From Nanobdellota archaeon (GTDB lineage Archaea > Nanobdellota > Nanobdellia > Pacearchaeales > GW2011-AR1): 44,246 nucleotides of DNA. The position numbers were made by a program, and so were the translations under genes. Within the stretch, counting starts at the first letter, position 1; every line of letters starts with the position of its first letter. The notes beneath the pieces were generated by a model. The model worked only from the letters and a program-made list of their open reading frames with translations, made no database searches and was not told where the DNA came from. Positions 34,178-42,961 of the stretch are shown here, one piece after another. The stretch covers positions 1 through 44,246 of the forward strand of contig JBBSXH010000070.1 in assembly GCA_038045865.1 (NCBI GenBank). Reading direction: 5' to 3'.

Positions 34178-35263
34178 ATGAGTGGACAAAATACAAAACA
34201 ACCTTATGGAGAATTAAAAATAATTTGGCATCCTGAAAAATTAGAAGCATTATTAAAAGGAGAAATCTCTGCACCAATAGCAATAAGGATTAAACCAACA
34301 AATAAATGTGACCACAGATGTTTTTTTTGTTCTTATAATCCTGAAGCAAAAAATCTACTTTCTGAAGAAATAAATTTAAATGATGAAATCCCTCAAGAAA
34401 AAATGATGGAAGTTTTGTCTGACCTTGGAGAAATGGGAGTTAAAGCAGTTACATATTCTGGAGGAGGAGAACCTTTAATTTACCCACACATCATTCAGAC
34501 TTTTAAAAAGACTTTAGATAATAAATTAGATTTATCAATTATTACTAATGGACAAAGACTTTCAGAAGAGCGAGCAGAATTATTAACTCAGGCAAAATGG
34601 GTGAGAATTTCTGCAGATTATTGTGATATAAGCACATTTGTACAATCTAGAAGAATTACAGAAAAATCTTTTGATAAATTAAAAGAAAATATCAAAAAAT
34701 TTGCTAAGATAAAAAATTTAGAGTGTGAATTAGGGATTAATTTTATTGTGCACCATATGAATCAAGATAAAGTTTATGAAGCAGCTAATTTCTTTAAAGA
34801 TTTAGGAGTTAATCATATAAGATATGCTCCTCGTTGGATGGAAGAAGGATGGGAAAAATATCATACCTCTTTTAAAGAAAATGTAATAGAACAAATTAAA
34901 AAAGCAAGACAAGACCTTAATGACGAAAGATTTAAGGTTTACGATGTTTATGAAAAAGACCTAAATAATCCAAAAATAATTGAAAGACCATATTCAAAAT
35001 GTTCAATAATGCAAATTGTTCCAGTTATTGCAGCAGATTCTGCAGTTTATTTTTGTCATGATAAAGCTTATACAAAAAACGGAAGATTAGGTTATATAAA
35101 AGAACAATCATTCAAAGATTTGTGGTTTAGTAAAGAATCTAAAGAAAAATTTAAAAATTTTGATGCAAAAGTTGAATGCAAACAACATTGTGTTTATGAT
35201 GGTAAAAATAGTCTTATAGAAGAGATAATTAATAGTCATGGAAATCATGTAAATTTTATCTAA
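34178..35263 (+). CDS. Radical SAM enzyme, paralogue 2 of the approximately 355-aa set
   Basis: The motif KPTNKCDHRCFFCSY is followed by YSGGGEPLI. The C-terminal cysteines are CSIMQIVPVIAADSAVYFCHD and CKQHC. It ends with HVNFI. Confidence 0.8.
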   Translation: MSGQNTKQPYGELKIIWHPEKLEALLKGEISAPIAIRIKPTNKCDHRCFFCSYNPEAKNLLSEEINLNDEIPQEKMMEVLSDLGEMGVKAVTYSGGGEPLIYPHIIQTFKKTLDNKLDLSIITNGQRLSEERAELLTQAKWVRISADYCDISTFVQSRRITEKSFDKLKENIKKFAKIKNLECELGINFIVHHMNQDKVYEAANFFKDLGVNHIRYAPRWMEEGWEKYHTSFKENVIEQIKKARQDLNDERFKVYDVYEKDLNNPKIIERPYSKCSIMQIVPVIAADSAVYFCHDKAYTKNGRLGYIKEQSFKDLWFSKESKEKFKNFDAKVECKQHCVYDGKNSLIEEIINSHGNHVNFI

Positions 35264-35282
35264 TCTTTGATTTAACTGTAAA

Positions 35283-36155
35283 TTGAAAAACGAAAAAATA
35301 TTTATTTTTGGAGCCTCTGGATTTATTGGAGGATATTTATTTAATCATTTAAAAAATAAATGTAAAAAAGTAACTGGAACTTATAACCAAAATAAGAAAC
35401 CGGAATTGATTTTTTTTGATACTGCTAATTCTTCTATTGAAGAACTTCCTTTGGATAATGTTAAGTATGGAGTTATATGTTCTACTTTAGCTAATATAGA
35501 CTCTTGTATAAAAGATTTAAATTATTCTAACAAGGTTAATGTTACTGGACTAGAAAAAGTTATTACAAAACTTGTGAAAAAAGATATAATCCCGGTTTTT
35601 ATCTCTTCTGGAGCAGTCTTTGATGGTTTAACAGGAGGATACAAAGAAAATGATTTGAGAAATCCCAAAAATATCTATGGAATACAAAAAAAACAAATGG
35701 AAGATTTTATGATATCTAATCTTAAAGATTATCTTATATTAAGGATAGGAAAAGTATTTGGGATTAACAAAAGAGACAATGGAAAAATATTTATGGATTG
35801 GATTGAAAAATACAAAAGAAATGAAGAGATTAAATGTGCTTATGATGAAGAACTATCATTAACTTCTATTGAAGATGCAGTTAAATGTATAGAGGTTTTA
35901 TTAGATCAAAACAAAAGAGGGATTTTTCATATAGACTCTGGAATTCATAAGAGTAGATTCGACTTTGCAAAAGATTTCTTTGATTATCTAAAAATTAAAG
36001 ATGCAAATTTAATCAGATGTTCCTTAGACGATTTTAATTTTTCAGATAAAAGAGCAAAAAAACCTTATTTGGATTCTTCAAAAGTTATTAAGGAAATAGG
36101 ATTTTCATTTACTTCTTTAGACAGATATTATGAGATTATTAAAAACCAGATTTAA
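35283..36155 (+). CDS. NAD(P)-dependent SDR, RmlD-like (dTDP-4-dehydrorhamnose-reductase family) reductase
   Basis: IFIFGASGFIGGYL provides the GxxGxxG motif and NIYGIQKK provides YxxxK. The size and layout are those of RmlD. The ORF starts at a TTG. Confidence 0.7.
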   Translation: MKNEKIFIFGASGFIGGYLFNHLKNKCKKVTGTYNQNKKPELIFFDTANSSIEELPLDNVKYGVICSTLANIDSCIKDLNYSNKVNVTGLEKVITKLVKKDIIPVFISSGAVFDGLTGGYKENDLRNPKNIYGIQKKQMEDFMISNLKDYLILRIGKVFGINKRDNGKIFMDWIEKYKRNEEIKCAYDEELSLTSIEDAVKCIEVLLDQNKRGIFHIDSGIHKSRFDFAKDFFDYLKIKDANLIRCSLDDFNFSDKRAKKPYLDSSKVIKEIGFSFTSLDRYYEIIKNQI

Positions 36156-37089
36156 TTTCCTTTGCAATCATTTCAGGAAAAATATTATTTATACAAGATT
36201 GGTCATATTTTAAGCATTTAGAATTAAAACACGGAAGACAATCATACTCTCCTCTAGGTAAGATAGTCTTGCCACGATTATAAAAATATATTTCTTTATG
36301 GGATGTTGAACTAAACAAACCAATAACATTTTTTTTAAGTGCAAGTGCAAGATGCAACCCTAAACTATCATTTGTCACCAATGTTTTGCAAGAATTTATC
36401 CAGTCTATATATCCTTCTAAATTTTTTGTTACTTTGTCTCCTTGATTTTCTTGTCTTGAAACAGAATAATGGTCTTTAAGCAAATCTTCTAATTCATCCC
36501 AATTTTCCATAGACCATTTTTTAGAAGGCCATTTACTTCCTATTTGACTGTTAAAACCAATATCATAAACTTCTTGAGTTTTAGGCTTGTAACCTAAAAT
36601 ATACTCTTCACCATTAAATTTTTCTCCAACCATTTCAAATAAAAGATCTTGAAATGTTCGCTCATTACCCTTTTTATATTTTGGATTAAAACTTACTGCG
36701 AGAACTTCATAAGCATTATCTAAAGCTTCTGCTTCACCAGTCTGAGTGTTAAATGTAAATCCATATCTGCTTCTTCTTGCACGGATTTTATCAGACAAAG
36801 CACAAATTCCAGGGACTTTTTCTAAGTTTATAATTTTATCAAATTCTTCAGATTCCAATTGCAGAGTAGTTAACAAATCAAAAGTTAATAGCCTACTAAT
36901 ATAAGAATTATTATTTAAAAGGGGTTTAGCTTCTTCAGAAGTTACCCAAGTAACTTGATGATTATTATATTTATGAAGTAAAGAAGTGGTTCTTAACACA
37001 TCCCCTAGACTAACTATCCGGCTATTTTGATCTCCATCCAAAATTTCAGTATATCCTGTCTTTATAATTAAAATTTTCTGTTTTTCCAT
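36139..37089 (-). CDS. GT9 family glycosyltransferase (second heptosyltransferase-like paralogue)
   Basis: KILIIKTGYTEIL...SLGDVLRTTSLLHKYNNHQVTWVTSEEAKPLL and the C-terminal CKTLVTNDSLGLHLALALKKNVIGLF mirror 16459-17445. Confidence 0.65.
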   Translation of the reverse strand: MEKQKILIIKTGYTEILDGDQNSRIVSLGDVLRTTSLLHKYNNHQVTWVTSEEAKPLLNNNSYISRLLTFDLLTTLQLESEEFDKIINLEKVPGICALSDKIRARRSRYGFTFNTQTGEAEALDNAYEVLAVSFNPKYKKGNERTFQDLLFEMVGEKFNGEEYILGYKPKTQEVYDIGFNSQIGSKWPSKKWSMENWDELEDLLKDHYSVSRQENQGDKVTKNLEGYIDWINSCKTLVTNDSLGLHLALALKKNVIGLFSSTSHKEIYFYNRGKTILPRGEYDCLPCFNSKCLKYDQSCINNIFPEMIAKEIKSGF

Positions 37090-37267
37090 ATTTAATTAAA
37101 ATATTAAATTTACCAATTAAATTACCTATTTTCTTATAAAAGTTTGATGAATTAAGGTTTTTAACCTTTTATATTCTCAAAGAGGTAGTAAAATAATAGA
37201 CATATGATTTATCAATTATTATTAAAGACAGGTTATAGAATATTTATTTTCAAGGTCTTAATACTGA

Positions 37268-37384
37268 GAAAATTAAGTTTGCGTAAACTCCTTACTTTAG
37301 TTTGCGAGAAAACAAACTTAATTTTCGAGGTGCTCAAGAACCATACTTATTAACACGCCATACACTTTGGTGTATGGTTCTTGA
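37268..37384. other. Structured spacer: a 14-bp and a 13-bp perfect stem plus a competing 8-bp hairpin
   Basis: GAAAATTAAGTTTG (37268-37281) pairs with CAAACTTAATTTTC (37313-37326). TCAAGAACCATAC (37334-37346) pairs with GTATGGTTCTTGA (37372-37384). The alternative hairpin CCATACAC (37358-37365) / GTGTATGG (37370-37377) re-uses the same 3' strand. Confidence 0.5.
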
Positions 37385-37394
37385 CATTTAAATT

Positions 37395-38456
37395 TTATAA
37401 AAAATTAGAATGAATTATTGGATTTTTTATTGAATACAATAATTCTATATTTTTTTCAAATTGGCAAGGATTTGGACAGTCTACTAAATTTATTTTATTT
37501 TTAATCTCCCCTCTTTCTTCAGATAACCATATTTCTTTAAAAGATTTTTTTTTCAGATCACCAAAACAATATTTTTCATTTCCTTTTAAAGCACAACAGA
37601 GATAAACTTTTAAATCAGCAGTTATTGAAGTAAGAAAATCTGGAAAATAACATTTATTATAATTTCTTTTTACATCCCCTTCTATTAATTCATATTCACA
37701 ACGATTAAGAGGATATGAAACTGAAAATTTATCATTTTCTAGCTCTTTACATTCCTCTAATTTTTCAATCATCCTCTCTGCTTGTTTTGGGGTAAAATTT
37801 CTTTTTTTCCCACGATTAAGAAAAGGCCTGAATCTTATATAATCCATTCCCAATTCTTTAGAAATTTTAGTTGCATTATAAATCCCTTCAATTGAATGCG
37901 AACCAATCAAATAACAAGCCCCAATAACAATATCACTCTTGTTTTCTTCCTTTGCATTTACCAATCTAGAAATATTTCCAATAACTTTAGAAAAAGCATC
38001 CCCCCTCATACCATGAGTTTTTTTGTAAATTTTAGGTCCATCTGCATCTAAACTTATTCTCGCCCAGGTACAAGAATCCACTATTGAATCTATAACCCCC
38101 TCAGAAAGTTCGTAGCAATTAGTATAAATTGCAGATTCCATTTTTTTGGATTTAACAAATCTTAAAATTTCTTCTAAATTTAGATTACATGAAGGTTCGC
38201 CACCACCCCCAAACCCAATTGCTTTTACATCAACTTCTTTTAATTGTGAAAGAATATTCTTTGCATCAGTTAATTTAACAACTGTAGAATCAAGATTTTT
38301 GGAACCATTACATAGGGGACAATGATTATTGCATTTATTTGACAAATCAAAGTCTACAAAAACAGGATAGGTGGTTTCTCCTTTTTCCCAATTAACTAAT
38401 CTATTAAAATGGTTTAGTAATTTATATTGACTATAGATATTTTTATTTAAGCTCAT
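37395..38456 (-). CDS. Radical SAM enzyme, paralogue 3 of the approximately 355-aa set
   Basis: The motif DLSNKCNNHCPLCNG is followed by FGGGGEPSC. The C-terminal cysteines are CYFPDFLTSITADLKVYLCC and CPNPC. It ends with HSNFL. Confidence 0.8.
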   Translation of the reverse strand: MSLNKNIYSQYKLLNHFNRLVNWEKGETTYPVFVDFDLSNKCNNHCPLCNGSKNLDSTVVKLTDAKNILSQLKEVDVKAIGFGGGGEPSCNLNLEEILRFVKSKKMESAIYTNCYELSEGVIDSIVDSCTWARISLDADGPKIYKKTHGMRGDAFSKVIGNISRLVNAKEENKSDIVIGACYLIGSHSIEGIYNATKISKELGMDYIRFRPFLNRGKKRNFTPKQAERMIEKLEECKELENDKFSVSYPLNRCEYELIEGDVKRNYNKCYFPDFLTSITADLKVYLCCALKGNEKYCFGDLKKKSFKEIWLSEERGEIKNKINLVDCPNPCQFEKNIELLYSIKNPIIHSNFL

Positions 38457-38601
38457 TTTAAATCTAATTTGATAGACTTTTTATTAATTTATAATCTTTT
38501 GTATAATTAAGAATATGGTAAAATAATTATGACTTTGTTTGATTAGTATTGTTAAAAATATATGATAAGTTATAAACATAGTTTAAAAAGTATATTTTGT
38601 A

Positions 38602-39477
38602 TTGGATTTTATGATTTTAGTTATTGGAGGATCTAGTTATATTGGAAGTAAATTGTATAAACATTTTTCTAAGAAAGAAAAATTAGCTATAGGAACATAT
38701 TACAATTCTTATAGAAAGGGTCTTGTTTATTTTAATTTAGAAAATCCTAATATTAATAATCTACCAATAGACCTAAAAAGAGTAGATTATGCAGTAATTT
38801 GTTCTGCAATTACTAATATAGACTCATGCAAAAAAAATGAAGAAAAAGCATATAAAATTAATGTTGAGGGAACTAAAAAAACCATAGAACAATTTTTTGA
38901 TAAAAATATTTTCCCGATTTTTCTTTCTTCAGGATATGTTTTTGATGGAAAGGATTCTAATTATTCAGAAAGCGATAAACCAAATCCATTAACTGCTTAC
39001 GGAAAACATAAAAAGATAATTGAAGATTTTTTATTTAAAAGTAAAAGAGATTTTTTAATAACTAGAATAAGTAAAATTTTTGGCCTGGAATGTGAAGATA
39101 AAACCCTTCTTACTTCAGGGATTAAACAATTAACTAATAATGAAATTATAACTTGTGCATCAGATCAAATATTTTCTCCGACTTATGTTGGAGATTTTGT
39201 TGAAGTACTTGACTCTGCAATAGAAAAGAAATTAACAGGATGTTATAATATTGCTTCCCCAGAATTTATGAGCAGATTTCAATTAATAACAATGCTTAAA
39301 TCCCAATTAAAAATAAAATCTGGAAAAATAGTCCCCTGTTCTATTTTAGATTTTAAATTTTCAGATTCAAGACCATTAAATACTAGTTTAAATCCTAAAA
39401 AAATTATTAAAGATACCGGTTTTAAATTCACTAACCTTGAAGATTGTATAAGTAAATTAGAGATTCTTGTTAAATAA
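38602..39477 (+). CDS. NAD(P)-dependent SDR, RmlD-like reductase (paralogue of 35283-36155)
   Basis: ILVIGGSSYIGSKL and TAYGKHKK (YxxxK) are present, and the protein is collinear with 35283-36155 along its whole length. The ORF-track start is a TTG at 38602; an ATG at 38611 is an alternative. Confidence 0.7.
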   Translation: MDFMILVIGGSSYIGSKLYKHFSKKEKLAIGTYYNSYRKGLVYFNLENPNINNLPIDLKRVDYAVICSAITNIDSCKKNEEKAYKINVEGTKKTIEQFFDKNIFPIFLSSGYVFDGKDSNYSESDKPNPLTAYGKHKKIIEDFLFKSKRDFLITRISKIFGLECEDKTLLTSGIKQLTNNEIITCASDQIFSPTYVGDFVEVLDSAIEKKLTGCYNIASPEFMSRFQLITMLKSQLKIKSGKIVPCSILDFKFSDSRPLNTSLNPKKIIKDTGFKFTNLEDCISKLEILVK

Positions 39478-39485
39478 ATTTGTTT

Positions 39486-40064
39486 CTATTTTTTGCTAAA
39501 AATATTTAAAGAACAGGGAGTCTTGCAGGATTTATTATTGCATGTTAAATCCATAAAATCTACATAGTTTTTTAGCATCTTAGAATAATTAAATTTAGGA
39601 GGGATATGTTTTTTCTTTTCAAAAGGGCCCTGTGTTGTTTCTCTATAAATAACATAATCTTTTAAGGCAAAATAAACATGATAATTATTTCTAGGTATTC
39701 TAAGGATCAAATTATTATCTTGCCCTAAAATTACTTTTTCTTTTAATTCTCCAGAGTCATTTAAAATAAAGGCTACTAAATCTCCTTCAATAGCGTGCAG
39801 GGTTTCATCATTTGTTGGATGCATATGAGGTTTCCTACAATTTTTATCTTGATATTGCAAAATAATCATATCATGAAGTGTTTCATTGCTATTGCTATGT
39901 AAACACAATCTAATGTTTGCATTTTTATTCTCTTTGGATATCTCTTTGAGTTCTGTCAAGAGAGCTCCATTGACTTTTATTGGAGATGTTTTAGCAAAAT
40001 AAGCTAAAGATTTTGCTTTTTCATCAAACCACCAATCATTTGAATTTATCTGTTTTGATATCAT
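39486..40064 (-). CDS. WbuC-family cupin-fold protein
   Basis: IRLCLHSNSNETLHDMIILQYQDKNCRKPHMHP...ETLHAIEGDLVAFILNDSGE matches the WbuC-type cupin pattern. I prefer the Met at 40064; the ORF-track start at 40127 would overlap the upstream radical SAM gene by 52 nt. Confidence 0.55.
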   Translation of the reverse strand: MISKQINSNDWWFDEKAKSLAYFAKTSPIKVNGALLTELKEISKENKNANIRLCLHSNSNETLHDMIILQYQDKNCRKPHMHPTNDETLHAIEGDLVAFILNDSGELKEKVILGQDNNLILRIPRNNYHVYFALKDYVIYRETTQGPFEKKKHIPPKFNYSKMLKNYVDFMDLTCNNKSCKTPCSLNIFSKK

Positions 40065-40075
40065 TTTATTAAAAA

Positions 40076-41530
40076 TTAATCGTAGTCTACTTTTGTTCCA
40101 GCAGTCCTTCTTGTAGATTTTCTCCATTTATCAACTTCATCCAAAGTAATACCATTCATTTCTGCTATTTTCTTTATCTTTTCAGGGCGACTAAAACAAA
40201 TTCTATCCCATTCATAGGCCCTTACAATTTGAAGCTCCTGAGGAGTAAATTCAGGAGTAGTTATAGTTGCTCTTCCAAAACCCCTTGTATCCACATTATC
40301 AAAGCTAAAATTTTCTGAAAGAAAATTACCTTCTTTAGCAATTTGATAAAGTTTTGTTTTAGGAAGAGGTGTTGCGATATTGAAGGAATAACAATCTAAA
40401 TCTAATTCATCTGCTAATTTAAATGAGTTTCTAATTTCTTCCCAGGTTTCCCCAGGAGTGCCTATAACAAATAGGCCTGAAAGTTGGAAATCCAAAGAAC
40501 GAGCTTTTTTAACAATTGGTTTTATCTTCTTTAAAATGCTAGTAGGTTTATTTAATCTTTTCAATCCTTCAAGATTACCTGACTCTATTGCTAAGATTAG
40601 TTGATATCCTCCGCTAGCTCTAGTAAGTTCTAAAATCTCATCATTTAAAGCATAAACTGCTACACTTGGATTTTTCCATTCTAAATCATGTTTTCTTTCT
40701 ATTAAGCCATTCATAATAATTTTAACTCTTTTGTGGTCTAAAAAAAAGTTATCATCCATAAAAATTATTTCTTTTACTCCTTTTTCATCAACAAGCCAAT
40801 CAATTTCCTTAAGCACTGATTCTGGAGAACGATATCGTATTTTAGGACCATTAATTACTTTACTGCTACAAAAGATACAATTAAAAGGGCAACCTCTTGA
40901 AGTTATTGTATTTGCATATGGTAATCTTCGAGGATATACAAAATAAGAATATTTATTTGTAGTATTTGCATAATTATTAAAATCCAGATTATCATAATTT
41001 GGAAGAGGTAGTGCATCTAAATCCTGAATATAACTTTCAACTTTGTTAATTTTAATATCTTCTCCTAAACGAAGAGCAATTCCCTCCATATCATTAACAT
41101 CTTCATTTTTTTCTAATTTTTCTAATAACTTTGGGAATCTATACTCTCCTTCACCAAGAACAGCATAATCAATATTTTTATCGTGCATTATTACTTCAGG
41201 TAAAAGTGTTGGATAAATTCCTCCAACAATCACAGGAGTTTTTGGATATACTTCTTTTACAAGAGCAGTCATTTTTTGAAATTGTCTTGCATATTCCATA
41301 GACATACAAGTCAAACCAAAAACATCAGGATTATAATCGTTTATTCTTTGTTTTACTTGTTCAAAATTTAAATTTTCAAAACCAGCATCCAATATCTTTA
41401 CTTCATATTTGTCTTTTAATACTGAATTAAGAACCCCGAAAGTATAAGGGAAATTATGCCAATGACGATTATCAAACCAAGCATCATTTGGTGCCGCTAA
41501 CATTATTTTTTGTAGATTAGATTCTTTCAT
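40076..41530 (-). CDS. B12-binding-domain radical SAM enzyme
   Basis: The N-terminal domain reads KIMLAAPN...VIVGGIYPTLLP...AVLGEGEYRFPKLL. The CX3CX2C motif is ITSRGCPFNCIFCSS. Confidence 0.85.
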   Translation of the reverse strand: MKESNLQKIMLAAPNDAWFDNRHWHNFPYTFGVLNSVLKDKYEVKILDAGFENLNFEQVKQRINDYNPDVFGLTCMSMEYARQFQKMTALVKEVYPKTPVIVGGIYPTLLPEVIMHDKNIDYAVLGEGEYRFPKLLEKLEKNEDVNDMEGIALRLGEDIKINKVESYIQDLDALPLPNYDNLDFNNYANTTNKYSYFVYPRRLPYANTITSRGCPFNCIFCSSKVINGPKIRYRSPESVLKEIDWLVDEKGVKEIIFMDDNFFLDHKRVKIIMNGLIERKHDLEWKNPSVAVYALNDEILELTRASGGYQLILAIESGNLEGLKRLNKPTSILKKIKPIVKKARSLDFQLSGLFVIGTPGETWEEIRNSFKLADELDLDCYSFNIATPLPKTKLYQIAKEGNFLSENFSFDNVDTRGFGRATITTPEFTPQELQIVRAYEWDRICFSRPEKIKKIAEMNGITLDEVDKWRKSTRRTAGTKVDYD

Positions 41531-41689
41531 TTTAGCTATTAAAAAATATTAAAAACTGTCTATTAATAAAGGTTTATATTGTTGAAAATATTGTTTAAAT
41601 GAAAGTTTAATTCAGAGAAAATTATTAACTTAATATATCAATAAATAAAGAGATAGCACTATTTTGCCCAATGACTATATTTTTTTAGA

Positions 41690-42961
41690 TTAACAAATCT
41701 TATAAAAATAAATCTGTCTAATATTCTTTTTTGTTTTAACAACATCTTTAATAAATTTTTCTAATCTTGGGAACTGTTTTTCCATTGAATAATCCTCTCT
41801 CATTTTTAAAACATTTTTTTCTAATTTAGGATAATCTAATTTTTTTATTATTTTTCTTAAATCTTTAATATCTTTTGGCAAAATTAAATTGATACCATAT
41901 TTCTTTCTAAGATTATTTGTAAAAGTATACCATTTTCCATAAAAAAATGGAATTCCTGCTTCTAAATATGTGGAAATCTTATTTCCGGTACCTAATCCAG
42001 GTTCTAAACCGTCTTCCTTATGCTTTGTAAAAAGGGATATACCAAAATCATATTTTGAAATTTCTTTTACAATTTCTTTGGGATTAAATGATTTTTCTAA
42101 ATGAAAATATTTTATATTTGGATAATCTTTATATTCTTCTAGAAATCGCCTTATTAAATCCTGTTCATTAGGTTCTTCTTTATTTGGAATGCTTAGGGAA
42201 AAATAAAAATGAATATGGATCTTTTGTTCGATGACTTCTTTAGATTGTTTTAAAAAAATAGAATAAAACTCTTTAGATCTTTTTCCAGCGCCTCCAATAT
42301 ATACTAAATGTAGTTTCCCATCCTCTTTAGATAATTTATTTTTGTTTGTAGGAACACAAAATTCTTTTGAGCAATAAGGATGGAAGGCTATTTGATGCTT
42401 GGGTAATTTAATATTATTTCCTAACATTCTACCATTTAGATATTTTAATTCATTTGGAGCCCCCTTATGCATTATTCCGTCAGAATGTTCAAAACAAAAC
42501 CTATCCGCTTTTATTTCAAAAGAAGGAAGCGTTTTTTTGGCTATTTCTAAGGTTGGAAATGCCTGACTCCGAATATCATAAGGGAAATAAACAAAAGGAG
42601 TTTTCTTAAAAAAAATTCTAAAAAAAGCAATAGGGGAACTAAGAGGTGCCCTCCCAATAATTACATAAGGCTTTAATCTTAAAATGTTTACAAAAGAAGT
42701 AATCAAAAATTTCAAATTTTTAATATTTGAAATAATAATTTTTAAAAGATTTTTATAGGTCACTTTATGATAACTTAATTTAAACTCAATAACTTTATCG
42801 TATGCTTGATTGTAAAATCGCTTGTCGGATTCTACTTGTTCTAAAAGCCTGATCAAAATAGTCTCATATCCTTTTTCTTTAAATAATTTAGCGATTTTAT
42901 AAGTTATTACATAAGAGTACCCTTCTATAAACACTATTTGTTTTTTTCTCATTTTATTCAT
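41690..42961 (-). CDS. Uncharacterised protein, possible GT-B-fold glycosyltransferase
   Basis: The N-terminal Rossmann-like start is KQIVFIEGYSYVITYKIAKLFKEKGYE. The C-terminal half has HLVYIGGAGKRS and GLGTGNKISTYLEAGIPFFY, which resemble a GT-B donor-binding domain. The assignment is weak. Its start overlaps the upstream stop as ATGA. Confidence 0.35.
   Translation of the reverse strand: MNKMRKKQIVFIEGYSYVITYKIAKLFKEKGYETILIRLLEQVESDKRFYNQAYDKVIEFKLSYHKVTYKNLLKIIISNIKNLKFLITSFVNILRLKPYVIIGRAPLSSPIAFFRIFFKKTPFVYFPYDIRSQAFPTLEIAKKTLPSFEIKADRFCFEHSDGIMHKGAPNELKYLNGRMLGNNIKLPKHQIAFHPYCSKEFCVPTNKNKLSKEDGKLHLVYIGGAGKRSKEFYSIFLKQSKEVIEQKIHIHFYFSLSIPNKEEPNEQDLIRRFLEEYKDYPNIKYFHLEKSFNPKEIVKEISKYDFGISLFTKHKEDGLEPGLGTGNKISTYLEAGIPFFYGKWYTFTNNLRKKYGINLILPKDIKDLRKIIKKLDYPKLEKNVLKMREDYSMEKQFPRLEKFIKDVVKTKKNIRQIYFYKIC

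Noticed and set aside
37334-37384. A tRNA-like T-arm in GTATGGTTCTTGA.
   Set aside because: The GGTTC resemblance is superficial. The flanking sequence forms a 13-bp simple hairpin, and no acceptor, D or anticodon arms can be drawn.
40065-40127. The long form of the WbuC-like cupin starting at 40127.
   Set aside because: It would overlap the upstream radical SAM gene by 52 nt in a different frame. The internal Met at 40064 removes the overlap and leaves an 11-nt gap.
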